From NCBI GenBank assembly GCA_964016885.1, contig OZ024748.1:35588001-35652000 (forward strand): DNA of 64,000 nt, in the 5' to 3' direction. The notes beneath the pieces are model-generated. The model was not told the DNA's origin. It saw only the letters and a program-made list of their open reading frames with translations, and searched no databases. A program made the translations under genes and the position numbers. Within the stretch, counting starts at the first letter, position 1, and every line of letters starts with the position of its first letter. Below are positions 1 to 13,300 of this stretch, one piece after another. The DNA is from Eledone cirrhosa. Taxonomy: Eukaryota.

Positions 1-3000
1 GTTTTTGTTACTGTTGTAGAGCTATTGTTACAGTTGTTATTGTTGTTGTTACTGTTGTAGCGCTATTGTTTCAGTTGTTATTGTTGTTGTTACTGTTGTA
101 GTGCTATTGTTACAGTTGTTATTGTTACTGTTGTAGGGCAATTGTTACAGTTGTTATTGTTGTTGTTACTGTTGTAGAGCTATTGTTTCACTTGTTATTG
201 TTGTTGTACTGTTGTAGTGCTATTGTTACAGTTGTTGTTGTTGTTGTTACTGTTGTAGAGCTATTGTTACAGTGGTTGTTGTTATTGTTGTAGTGCTATT
301 GTTACAGTTGTTTTTGTTGTTGTTACTGTTGTAGTGTTATTGTTGCGCTTGTTATTGTTGTTACTGTTGTAGTGCTATTGTTACAGTTGTTATTGTTGTT
401 GTTACTGTTGAGGTGCTATTGTTACAGTTGTTATTGTTGTTGTTACTGTTGTAGAGCTATTGATACAGTTGTTGTTGTTACTGTTGTAGTGCTATTGTTA
501 CAGTTGTTATTGTTGTTGTTACTGTTGTAGTGCTATTGTTACAGTTCTTATTGTTGTTGTTGTAGTGCTATTGTTGCAGTTGTTATTGTTGTTACTGTTG
601 TAGTGCTATTGTTACAGTTGTTATTGTTGTTGTTACTGTTGAGGTGCTATTGTTACAGTTGTTATTGTTGTTGTTACTGTTGTAGTGGTATTATTACAGT
701 TGTTATTGTTGTTGTTACTGTTGTAGTGTTATTGTCGCAGTTGTTATTTTTGTTACTGTCGTAGTGCTATTGTTACAGTTGTTATTGTTGTTGTTACTGA
801 TGAGGTGCTATTGTTACAGTTGTTATTGTTGTTGTTACTGTTGTAGTGCTATTGTTACAGTTGTTAATTGTTGTTGTTACTGTTGTAATGCTATTGTTGC
901 AGTTGTTATTGTTGTTACTCTTGTAGTGCTATTGTTACAATAGTTATTGTTGTTGTTACTGTTGTAGTGCTATTGTTACAGTTCTTGTTGTTGTTGTTAC
1001 TGTTGTAGTGCTATTGTTAGAGTTGTTATTGTTGTTGTTACTGTTGTAGTGCTATTGTTACAGTTGTTATTGTTGTTACTGCTGTAGTGCTATTGTTACA
1101 GTTGTTATTGTTGTTGTTACTGTTGTAGAGCTATTGTTACAGTTGTTATTGTTGTCACAGTTGTAGTGCTATTGTTACAGCTCTTATTGTTGTTATTACT
1201 GTTGTAGTGCTATTGTTACAGTTGTTATTGATGTTGTTACTGTTGTAAAGCTATTGTTACAGTTGTTATTGTTGTTGTTACTGTTGTAGTGCTATTGTTT
1301 CAGTTGTTATTGTTGTTGTTACTGTTGTAGTGCTATTGTTACAGTTGTTTTTGTTGTTGTTACTGTTGTAGTGCAATTGTTACAGTTGTTATTGTTGTTG
1401 TTACTTTTGTAGTGCTATTGTTACAGTTGTTATTGTGGTTGTTACTGTTGTAGTGCTATTGTTACAGTTGTTATCGCTGTTGTTACTGTTGTAGTGCTAT
1501 TGTTATAGTTGTTATTGTTGTTGTTACTGTTGTAGAGCTATTGTTACAGTTGTTATTGTTGTTGTTACTGTTGTAGTGCTATTGTTACAGTTGTTATTGT
1601 TACTGTTGTAGAGCTATTGTTACACTTGTTATTGTTGTTGTTACTGTTGTAGAGCTATTGTTACAGTTGTTATTGTTGTTGTTACTCTTGTAGAGCTATT
1701 GTTTCAGTTGTTATTGTTGTTGTTACTTTTGTAGTGCTATTGTTACAGTTGTTATTGTGGTTGTTACTGTTGTAGTGCTATTGTTACAGTTGTTATCGCT
1801 GTTGTTACTGTTGTAGTGCTATTGTTATAGTTGTTATTGTTGTTGTTACTGTTATAGTGCAATTGTTACAGTTGTTATTGTTGTTACTGTTGTAGAGCTA
1901 TTGTTACAGTTCTTATTGTTGCTGTTACTGTTGTAGTGCTAGTGTTACAGTTGTTATTGTTGTTGTTACTGTTGTAATGCTATTGTTACAGTTGTTGTTG
2001 TTGTTACTGTTGTAGTGCTATTGTTGCAGTTGTTATTGTTACTGTTGTAGTGCTATTGTTACAGTTGTTATTGTTGTTGTTACTGTTGTAGAGCTATTGT
2101 TACAGTTGTTATTGTTACTGTTGTAGTGCTATTGTTACAGTTGTTGTTGTTGTTGTAGTGCTATTGTTACAGTTGTTGTAGATGTTGTTACTGTTGTAGA
2201 GCTATTGTTAAATCTGTTATTGTTGTTGTTACTGTTGTAGAGCTATTGTTACAGTTGTTGTTGTTGTTGTAGTGCTATTGTTACAGTTGTTATTGTTGTT
2301 GTTACTGTTGTAGAGCTATTGTTACAGCTGTTATTGTTGTTGTTACTGTTGTAGAGCTATTGTTACAGTTGTTATAGTTGTTATTACTGTTGTAGAGCTA
2401 TTGTTACAGTTGTTATTGTTGTTATTACTGTTACAGAGCTATTGTTACAGTTGTTATTGTTGTTGTTACTTTTGTAGACCTAACGTTACAGTTGTTATTG
2501 TTGTTGTTACTGTTGTAGTGCTATTGTTACAGTTGTTGTTGTTGTTGTAGTGCTATTGTTACAGTTGTTATTGTTGTTGTTACTGTTGTAGAGCTATTGT
2601 TACAGCTGTTATTGTTGTTGTTACTGTTGTAGAGCTATTGTTACAGTTGTTATAGTTGTTATTACTGTTGTAGAGCTATTGTTACAGTTGTTATTGTTGT
2701 TCTTTTAGTGCTATTGTTACAGTTGTTATTGTTGTCGTTGTAGTGCTATTGTTACAGTTGTTATTGTTGTTACTGTTGTAGTGCTATTGTTACAGCTGTT
2801 ATTGTTGTTATTAATGTTGTAGTGGTATTGTTACAGTGGTTGTTGTTGTTGTTGTAGTGCTATTGTTACAGTTGTTATTGTTGTTGTTACTGTTGTAGTG
2901 CTATTGTTAGAGTTGTTCTTGTTGTTATTACTGTTGTAGGACTATTGTTTCAGTTGTTATTGTTATTGTTACTGTTGTAGTGCTATTGTTACAGTTGTTA

Positions 3001-6000
3001 TTGTTGTTTTTACTGTTGTAGTGCTATTGTTACAGTTGTTATTGTTGTTACTGTTGTAGAGCTATTGTTTCAGTTGTTATTGTTGTTACTGTTGTAGAGC
3101 TATTGTTACGGTTGTTATTGTTTTTGTTACTGTTGTAGGGCTATTGTTACAGTTGTTATTGTTGTTGTTACTGTTGTAGTGCTATTGTTACAGTTGTTAT
3201 TGTTACTGTTGTAGGGCAATTGTTACAGTTGTTATTGTTGTGGTTACTGTTGTAGAGCTATTGTTTCACTTGTTATTGTTGTTGTACTGTTGTAGTGCTA
3301 TTGTTACAGTTGTTGTTGTTGTTGTTACTGTTGTAGAGCTATTGTTACAGTGGTTGTTGTTATTGTTGTAGTGCTATTGTTACAGTTGTTATTGTTGTTG
3401 TTACTGTTGTAGTGTTATTGTTGCGCTTGCTATTGTTGTTACTGTTGTAGTGCTATTGTTACAGTTGTTATTGTTGTTGTTACTGTTGAAGTGCTATTGT
3501 TACAGTTGTTATTGTCGTTGTTACTGTTGTAGAGCTATTGATACAGTTGTTGTTGTTACTGTTGTAGTGCTATTGTTACAGTTGTTATTGTTGTTGTTAC
3601 TGTTGTAGTGCTATTGTTACAGTTCTTATTGTTGTTATTGTAGTGCTATTGTTACAGTTGTTATTGTTGTTGTTACTGTTGTAGTGCTATTGTTGCAGTT
3701 GTTATTGTTGTTACTGTTGTAGTGCTATTGTTACAGTTGTTATTGTTGTTGTTACTGTTGAGGTGCTATTGTTACAGTTGTTATTGTTGTTGTTACTGTT
3801 GTAGTGGTATTATTACAGTTGTTATTGTTGTTGTTACTGTTGTAGTGTTCTTGTTGCAGTTGTTATTGTTGTTACTGTCGTAGTGCTATTGTTACAGTTG
3901 TTATTGTTGTTGTTACTGTTGTAGTGCTATTGTTACAGTTGTTAATTGTTGTTGTTACTGTTGTAATGCTATTGTTGCAGTTGTTATTGTTGTTACTCTT
4001 GTAGTGCTATTGTTACAATAGTTATTGTTGTTGTTACTGTTGTAGTGCTATTGTTACAGTTCTTGTTGTTGTTGTTACTGTTGTAGTGCTATTGTTAGAG
4101 TTGTTATTGTTGTTGTTACTGTTGTAGTGCTGTTGTTACAGTTGTTATTGTTGTTACTGTTGTAGTGCTATTGTTACAGTTGTTATTGTTGTTGTTACTG
4201 TTGTAGAGCTATTGTTACAGTTGTTATTGTTGTTATTACTGTTGTAGAGCTATCGTTACAGTTGTTATTGTTGTTGTTTTAGTGCTATTGTTACAGTTGT
4301 TATTGTTGTTGTTACTGTTGTAGTGCTATTGTTACTGTTGTTGTTGTTACTGCTTAGGTGTTATTGTTACAGCTGTTATTGTTGTTATTACTGTTGTAGA
4401 GCTATTGTTACAGTTGTTATTGTTGTCACAGTTGTAGTGCTATTGTTACAGCTCTTATTGTTGTTATTACTGTTGTAGTGCTATTGTTACAGTTGTTATT
4501 GATGTTGTTACTGTTGTAAAGCTATTGTTACAGTTGTTATTGTTGTTGTTACTGTCGTAGTGCTATTGTTTCAGTTGTTATTGTTGTTGTTACTGTTGTA
4601 GTGCTATTGTTACAGTTGTTTTTGTTGTTGTTACCGTTGTAGTGCAATTGTTACAGTTGTTATTGTTGTTACTGTTGTAGAGCTATTGTTACAGTTGTTA
4701 TTGTTGTTGTTACTGTTGTAGTGCTATTGTTACAGTTGTTATTGTTACTGTTGTAGAGCTATTGTTACACTTGTTATTGTTGTTGTTACTGTTGTAGAGC
4801 TATTGTTACAGTTGTTATTGTTGTTGTTACTGTTGTAGAGCTATTGTTTCCGTTGTTATTGTTGTTGTTACTTTTGTAGTGCTATTGTTACAGTTGTTAT
4901 TGTGGTTGTTACTGTTGTAGAGCTATTGTTTCAGTTGTTATTGTTGTTGTTACTGTTGTAGTGCTATTGTTACAGTTGTTATCGCTGTTGTTACTGTTGT
5001 AGTGCTATTGTTATAGTTGTTATTGTTGTTGTTACTGTTATAGTGCAATTGTTACAGTTGTTATTGTTGTTACTGTTGTAGAGCTATTGTTACAGTTGTT
5101 ATTGTTGCTGTTACTGTTGTAGTGCTAGTGTTACAGTTGTTATTGTTGTTGTTACTGTTGTAATGCTATTGTTACAGTTGTTGTTGTTGTTACTGTTGTA
5201 GTGCTATTGTTGCAGTTGTTATTGTTACTGTTGTAGTGCTATTGTTACAGTTGTTATTGTTGTTGTTACTGTTGTAGAGCTATTGTTACAGTTGTTATTG
5301 TTACTGTTGTAGTGCTATTGTTACAGTTGTTGTTGTTGTTGGAGTGCTATTGTTACAGTTGTTATAGATGTTGTTACTGTTGTAGAGCTATTGTTAAATC
5401 TGTTATTGTTGTTGTTACTGTTGTAGAGCTATTGTTACAGTTGTTATAGTTGTTATTACTGTTGTAGAGCTATTGTTACAGTTGTTATTGTTGTTATTAC
5501 TGTTACAGAGCTATTGTTACAGTTGTTATTGTTGTTGTTACTTTTGTAGACCTAACGTTACAGTTGTTATTGTTGTTGTTACTGTTGTAGTGCTATTGTT
5601 ACAGTTGTTGTTGTTGTTGTAGTGCTATTGTTACAGTTGTTATTGTTGTTGTTACTGTTGTAGAGCTATTGTTACAGCTGTTATTGTTGTTGTTACTGTT
5701 GTAGAGCTATTGTTACAGTTGTTATAGTTGTTATTACTGTTGTAGAGCTATTGTTACAGTTGTTATTGTTGTTGTTTTAGTGCTATTGTTACAGTTGTTA
5801 TTGTTGTCGTTGTAGTGCTATTGTTACAGTTTTTATTGTTGTTGTTACTGTTGTAGTGCTATTGTTAAAGCTGTTATTGTTGTTATTAATGTTGTAGTGG
5901 TATTGTTACAGTGGTTGTTGTTGTTGTTGTAGTGCTATTGTTACAGTTTTTATTGTTGTTGTTACTGTTGTAGTGCTATTGTTACAGTTGTTCTTGTTGT

Positions 6001-9000
6001 TATTACTGTTGTAGGACTATTGTTTCAGTTGTTATTGTTATTGTTACTGTTGCAGTGCTATTGTTACAGTTGTTATTGTTGTTTTTACTGTTGTAGTGCT
6101 ATTGTTACAGTTGTTATTGTTACTGTTGTAGAGCTATTGTTACACTTGTTATTGTTGTTGTTACTGTTGTAGAGCTATTGTTACAGTTGTTATTGTTGTT
6201 GTTACTGTTGTAGTGCTATTGTTACAGTTGTTATTGTTGTTGTTACTGTTGTAGTGCTATTGTTTCAGTTGTTATTGTTGTTGTTACTGTTGTAGTGCTA
6301 TTGTTTCAGTTGTTATTGTTGTTGTTACTGTTGTAGTGCTATTGTTACAGTTGTTATTGTTGTTGTTACTGTTGTAGAGCTATTGTTTCAGTTGTTATTG
6401 TTGTTGTTTCTGTTGTAGTGCTATTGTTACAGTTGTTATTGTCGTTGTTACTGTTGTAGTGCAATTGTTACAGTTGTTATTGTTGTTGTTACTGTTGTAG
6501 AGCTATTGTTTCAGTTGTTATTGTTGTTGTTACTGTTGTAGTGCTATTGTTACAGTTGTTATCGCTGTTGTTACAGTTGTAGTGCTATTGTTACAGTTGT
6601 TATTGTTTTTGTTACTGTTGTAGTGCAATTGTTACAGTTGTTATTGTTGTTACTGTTGTAGAGCTATTGTTACAGTTGTTATTGTTGTTGTTACTGTTGT
6701 AGTGCTATTGTTACATTTGTTATTGTTACTGTTGTAGAGCTATTGTTACACTTGTTATTGTTGTTGTTACTGTTGTAGAGCTATAGTTACAGTTGTTATA
6801 GTTGTTATTACTGTTGTAGAGCTATTGTTACAGTTGTTATTGTTGTTATTACTGTTACAGAGCTATTGTTACAGTTGTTATTGTTGTTGTTACTTTTGTA
6901 GACCTAACGTTACAGTTGTTATTGTTGTTGTTACTGTTGTAGTGCTATTGTTACAGTTGTTGTTGTTGTTGTAGTGCTATTGTTACAGTTGTTATTGTTG
7001 TTGTTACTGTTGTAGAGCTATTGTTACAGCTGTTATTGTTGTTGTTACTGTTGTAGAGCTATTGTTACAGTTGTTATAGTTGTTATTACTGTTGTAGAGC
7101 TATTGTTACAGTTGTTATTGTTGTTGTTTTAGTGCTATTGTTGCAGTTGTTATTGTTGTCGTTGTAGTGCTATTGTTACAGATGTTATTGTTGTTACTGT
7201 TGTAGTGCTATTGTTACAGCTGTTATTGTTGTTATTAATGTTGTAGTGGTATTGTTACAGTGGTTGTTGTTGTTGTTGTAGTGCTATTGTTACAGTTGTT
7301 ATTGTTGTTGTTACTGTTGTAGTGTTATTGTTACAGTTGTTCTTGTTGTTATTACTGTTGTAGGACTATTGTTTCAGTTTGTTATTGTTATTGTTACTGT
7401 TGTAGTGCTATTGTTACAGTTGTTATTGTTGTTTTTACTGTTGTAGTGCTATTGTTACAGTTGTTATTGTTGTTGTTACTGTTGTAGAGCTATTGTTTCA
7501 GTTGTTATTGTTGTTACTGTTGTAGAGCTATTGTTACGGTTGTTATTGTTTTTGTTACTGTTGTAGAGCTACTGTTACAGTTGTTATTGTTGTTGTTACT
7601 GTTGTAGCGCTATTGTTTCAGTTGTTATTGTTGTTGTTACTGTTGTAGATCTATTGTTACAGTTGTTATTGTTACTGTTGTAGGGCAATTGTTACAGTTG
7701 TTATTGTTGTTGTTACTGTTGTAGTGTTATTGTTGCGCTTGTTATTGTTGTTACTGTTGTAGTGCTATTGTTACAGTTGTTATTGTTGTTGTTACTGTTG
7801 AGGTGCTATTGTTACAGTTGTTATTGTTGTTGTTACTGTTGTAGAGCTATTGATACAGTTGTTGTTGTTACTGTTGTAGTGCTATTGTTACAGTTGTTAT
7901 TGTTGTTGTTACTGTTGTAGTGCTATTGTTACAGTTCTTATTGTTGTTGTTGTAGTGCTATTGTTACAGTTGTTATTGTTGTTGTTACTGTTGTAGTGCT
8001 ATTGTTGCAGTTGTTATTGTTGTTACTGTTGTAGTGCTATTGTTACAGTTGTTATTGTTGTTGTTACTGTTGAGGTGCTATTGTTACAGTTGTTATTGTT
8101 GTTGTTACTGTTGTAGTGGTATTATTACAGTTGTTATTGTTGTTGTTACTGTTGTAGTGTTATTGTTGCAGTTGTTATTGTTGTTACTGTCGTAGTGCTA
8201 TTGTTACAGTTGTTATTGTTGTTGTTACTGTTGAGGTGCTATTGTTACAGTTGTTATTGTTGTTGTTACTGTTGTAGTGCTATTGTTACAGTTGTTAATT
8301 GTTGTTGTTACTGTTGTAATGCTATTGTTGCAGTTGTTATTGTTGTTACTCTTGTAGTGCTATTGTTACAATAGTTATTGTTGTTGTTACTGTTGTAGTG
8401 CTATTGTTACAGTTCTTGTTGTTGTTGTTACTGTTGTAGTGCTATTGTTAGAGTTGTTATTGTTGTTGTTACTGTTGTAGTGCTATTGTTACAGTTGTTA
8501 TTGTTGTTACTGTTGTAGTGCTATTGTTACAGTTGTTCTGTTGTTGTTACTGTTGTAGAGCTATTGTTACAGTTGTTATTGTTGTTATTACTGTTGTAGA
8601 GCTATCGTTACAGTTGTTATTGTTGTTGTTTTAGTGCTATTGTTACAGTTGTTATTGTTGTTGTTACTGTTGCAGTGCTATTGTTACTGTTGTTGTTGTT
8701 ACTGCTTAGGTGTTATTGTTACAGCTGTTATTGTTGTTATTACTGTTGTAGAGCTATTGTTACAGTTGTTATTGTTGTCACAGTTGTAGTGCTATTGTTA
8801 CAGCTCTTATTGTTGTTATTACTGTTGTAGTGCTATTGTTACAGTTGTTATTGATGTTGTTACTGTTGTAAAGCTATTGTTACAGTTGTTGTTGTTGTTG
8901 TTACTGTTGCAGTGCTATTGTTTCAGTTGTTATTGTTGTTGCTACTGTTGTAGTGCTATTGTTACAGTTGTTTTTGTTGTTGTTACTGTTGTAGTGCAAT

Positions 9001-10301
9001 TGTTACAGTTGTTATTGTTGTTACTGTTGTAGAGCTATTGTTACAGTTGTTATTGTTGTTGTTACTGTTGTAGTGCTATTGTTACAGTTGTTATTGTTAC
9101 TGTTGTAGAGCTATTGTTACACTTGTTATTGTTGTTGTTACTGTTGTAGAGCTATTGTTACAGTTGTTATTGTTGTTGTTACTGTTGTAGAGCTATTGTT
9201 TCAGTTGTTATTGTTGTTGTTACTTTTGTAGTGCTATTGTTACAGTTGTTATTGTGGTTGTTACTGTTGTAGAGCTATTGTTTCAGTTGTTATTGTTGTT
9301 GTTACTGTTGTAGTGCTATTGTTACAGTTGTTATCGCTGTTGTTACTGTTGTAGTGCTATTGTTATAGTTGTTATTGTTGTTGTTACTGTTATAGTGCAA
9401 TTGTTACAGTTGTTATTGTTGTTACTGTTGTAGAGCTATTGTTACAGTTGTTATTGTTGCTGTTACTGTTGTAGTGCTAGTGTTACAGTTGTTATTGTTG
9501 TTGTTACTGTTGTAATGCTATTGTTACAGTTGTTGTTGTTGTTACTGTTGTAGTGCTATTGTTGCAGTTGTTATTGTTACTGTTGTAGTGCTATTGTTAC
9601 AGTTGTTATTGTTGTTGTTACTGTTGTAGAGCTATTGTTACAGTTGTTATTGTTACTGTTGTAGTGCTATTGTTACAGTTGTTGTTGTTGTTGTAGTGCT
9701 ATTGTTACAGTTGTTATAGATGTTGCTACTGTTGTAGAGCTATTGTTAAATCTGTTATTGTTGTTGTTACTGTTGTAGAGCTATTGTTACAGTTGTTATA
9801 GTTGTTATTACTGTTGTAGAGCTATTGTTACAGTTGTTATTGTTGTTATTACTGTTACAGAGCTATTGTTACAGTTGTTATTGTTGTTGTTACTTTTGTA
9901 GACCTAACGTTACAGTTGTTATTGTTGTTGTTACTGTTGTAGTGCTATTGTTACAGTTGTTGTTGTAGTGCTATTGTTACAGTTGTTATTGTTGTTGTTA
10001 CTGTTGTAGAGCTATTGTTACAGCTGTTATTGTTGTTGTTACTGTTGTAGAGCTATTGTTACAGTTGTTATAGTTGTTATTACTGTTGTAGAGCTATTGT
10101 TACAGTTGTTATTGTTGTTGTTTTAGTGCTATTGTTACAGTTGTTATTGTTGTCGTTGTAGTGCTATTGTTACAGTTGTTATTGTTGTTACTGTTGTAGT
10201 GCTATTGTTACAGCTGTTATTGTTGTTATTAATGTTGTAGTGGTATTGTTACAGTGGTTGTTGTTGTTGTTGTAGTGCTATTGTTACAGTTGTTATTGTT
10301 G
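1..10301. repeat. Left subfamily domain: ~3.0-3.1 kb higher-order repeat (about 3 copies) with a ~1.35 kb partial extra copy
   Basis: GGGCAATT at 136/3214, GCGCTT at 345/3423 and ACAATAG at 937/4015 are all offset by 3,078. GACCTAACG occurs at 2477, 5549, 6901, 9901 (spacings 3072, 1352, 3000). GGACTA occurs at 2939, 6014, 7363, 10357. Confidence 0.85.
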
Positions 10302-13300
10302 TTGTTACTGTTGTAGTGCTATTGTTACAGTTGTTCTTGTTGTTATTACTGTTGTAGGACTATTGTTTCAGTTGTTATTGTTATTGTTACTGTTGTAGTG
10401 CTATTTTTACAGTTGTTATTGTTGTTTTTACTGTTGTAGTGCTATTGTTACAGTTGTTATTGTTACTGTTGTAGAGCTATTGTTACACTTGTTATTGTTG
10501 TTGTTACTGTTGTAGGGCTATTGTTACAGTTGTTATTGTTGTTGTTACTGTTGTAGTGCTATTGTTACAGTTGTTATTGTTGTTGTTACTGTTGTAGAGC
10601 TATTGTTTCAGTTGTTATTGTTGTTGTTACTGTTGTAGTGCTATTGTTTCAGTTGTTATTGTTGTTGTTACTGTTGTAGTGCTATTGTTACAGTTGTTAT
10701 TGTTGTTGTTACTGTTGTAGAGCTATTGTTTCAGTTGTTATTGTTGTTGTTTCTGTTGTAGTGCTATTGTTACAGTTGTTATTGTCGTTGTTACTGTTGT
10801 AGTGCAATTGTTATAGTTGTTATTGTTGTTGTTACTGTTGTAGAGCTATTGTTTCAGTTGTTATTGTTGTTGTTACTGTTGTAGTGCTATTGTTACAGTT
10901 GTTATCGCTGTTGTTACAGTTGTAGTGCTATTGTTACAGTTGTTATTGTTGTTGTTACTGTTGTAGTGCAATTGTTACAGTTGTTATTGTTGTTACTGTT
11001 GTAGAGCTATTGTTACAGTTGTTATTGTTGTTGTTACTGTTGTAGTGCTATTGTTACATTTGTTATTGTTACTGTTGTAGAGCTATTGTTACACTTGTTA
11101 TTGTTGTTGGTACTGTTGTAGAGCTATTGTTACAGTTGTTATTGTTGTTGTTACTGTTGTAGTGCTATTGTTACAGTTGTTATTGTGGTTGTTACTGTTG
11201 TAGAGCTATTGTTTCAGTTGTTATTGTTGTTGTTACTGTTGTTGTGCTATTGTTACAGTTGTTATCGCTGTTGTTACTGTTGTAGTGCTATTGTTACAGT
11301 TGTTATTGTTGTTGTTACTGTTGTAGTGCAATTGTTACAGTTGTTATTGTTGTTGTAGTGCTATTGTTACAGTTGTTATTGTCGTCGTTACTGTTGTAGA
11401 GCTATTGTTACAGCTGTTATTGTTGTTGTTACTGTTGTAGAGCTATTGTTACAGTTGTTATAGTTGTTATTACTGTTGTAGAGCTATTGTTACAGTTGTT
11501 ATTGTTGTTGTTTTAGTGCTATTGTTACAGTTGTTATTGTTGTCGTTGTAGTGCTATTGTTACAGTTGTTATTGTTGTTACTGTTGTAGTCCTATTGTTA
11601 CAGCTGTTATTGTTGTTATTAATGTTGTAGTGGTATTGTTACAGTGGTTGTTGTTGTTGTTGTAGTGCTATTGTTACAGTTGTTATTGTTGTTGTTACTG
11701 TTGTAGTGCTATTGTTACAGTTGTTATTGTTGTTTTTACTGTTGTAGTGCTATTGTTACAGTTGTTATTGTTACTGTTGTAGAGCTATTGTTACACTTGT
11801 TATTGTTGTTGTTACTGTTGTAGAGCTATTGTTACAGTTGTTATTGTTCTTGTTACTCTTGTAGTGCTATTGTTACAGTTGTTATTGTTGTTGTTACTGT
11901 TGTAGAGCTATTGTTTCAGTTGTTATTGTTGTTGTTACTGTTGTAGTGCTATTGTTACAGTTGTAATTGTTGTTGTTACTGTTGTAGTGCTATTGTTACA
12001 GTTGTTGTTGTTGTTGTAGTGCTATTGTTACAGTTGTTATTGTTGTTGTTACTGTTGTAGAGCTATTGTTACAGCTGTTATTGTTGTTGTTACTGTTGTA
12101 GAGCTATTGTTACAGTTGTTATAGTTGTTATTACTGTTGTAGAGCTATTGTTACAGTTGTTATTGTTGTTATTACTGTTACAGAGCTATTGTTACAATTG
12201 TTATTGTTGTTGTTACTTTTGTAGACCTAACGTTACAGTTGTTATTGTTGTTGTTACTGTTGTAGTGCTATTGTTACAGTTGTTGTTGTTGTTGTAGTGC
12301 TATTGTTACAGTTGTTATTGTTGTTGTTACCGTTACAGAGCTATTGTTACAGTTGTTATTGTTGTTGTCACTTTTGTAGACCTAACGTTACAGTTGTTAT
12401 TGTTGTTGTTACTGTTGTAGTGCTATTGTTACAGTTGTTGTTGTTGTTGTAGTGCTATTGTTACAGTTGTTATTGTTGTTGTTACTGTTGTAGAGATATT
12501 GTTGCAGCTGTTATTGTTGTTGTTACTGTTGTAGAGCTATTGTTACAGTTGTTATACATGTTATTACTTTTGTAGAGCTATTGTTACAGTTGTTATTGTT
12601 GTTGCTTTAGTGCTATTGTTAAAGTTGTTATTGTTGTCGTTGTAGTGCTATTGTTACAGTTGTTATTGTTGTTACTGTTGTAGTGCTATTGTTACAGCTG
12701 TTATTGTTGTTGTTACTGTTGTAGAGCTATTGTTTCAGTTGTTATTGTTGTTGTTACTGTTGTAGTGCTATTGTTACAGTTGTTCTTGTTGTTGTTACTG
12801 TTGTAGAGCTATTTTTTTCAGTTGTTATTATTGTTGTTACTGTTGTAGTGCTATTGTTACAGTTGTTATCGTTGTTGTTACTGTTGTAGTGCTATTGTTA
12901 CAGTTGTTCTTGTTGTTGTTACTGTTGTAGAGCTATTTTTTCAGTTGTTATTATTGTTGTTACTGTTGTAGTGCTATTGTTACAGTTGTTATTGTTGTTG
13001 TTACTGTTGTAGTGCTATTGTTACAGTTGTTATTGTTGTTGTTACTGTTGTAGAGCTATTGTTTCAGTTGTTATTGTTGTTGTTACTGTTGTAGTGCTAT
13101 TGTTACAGTTGTTATCGCTGTTGTTACTGTTGTAGTGCTATTGTTACAGTTGTTATTGTTGTTGTTACTGTTGTAGTGCAATTGTTTCAGTTGTTGTTAC
13201 TGTTGTAGTGCTATTGTTATAGATGTTATTGTTGTTGTTACTGTTGTAGTGCTATTGTTACAGTTGTTATTGTTACTGTTGTAGAGCTATTGTTACACTC

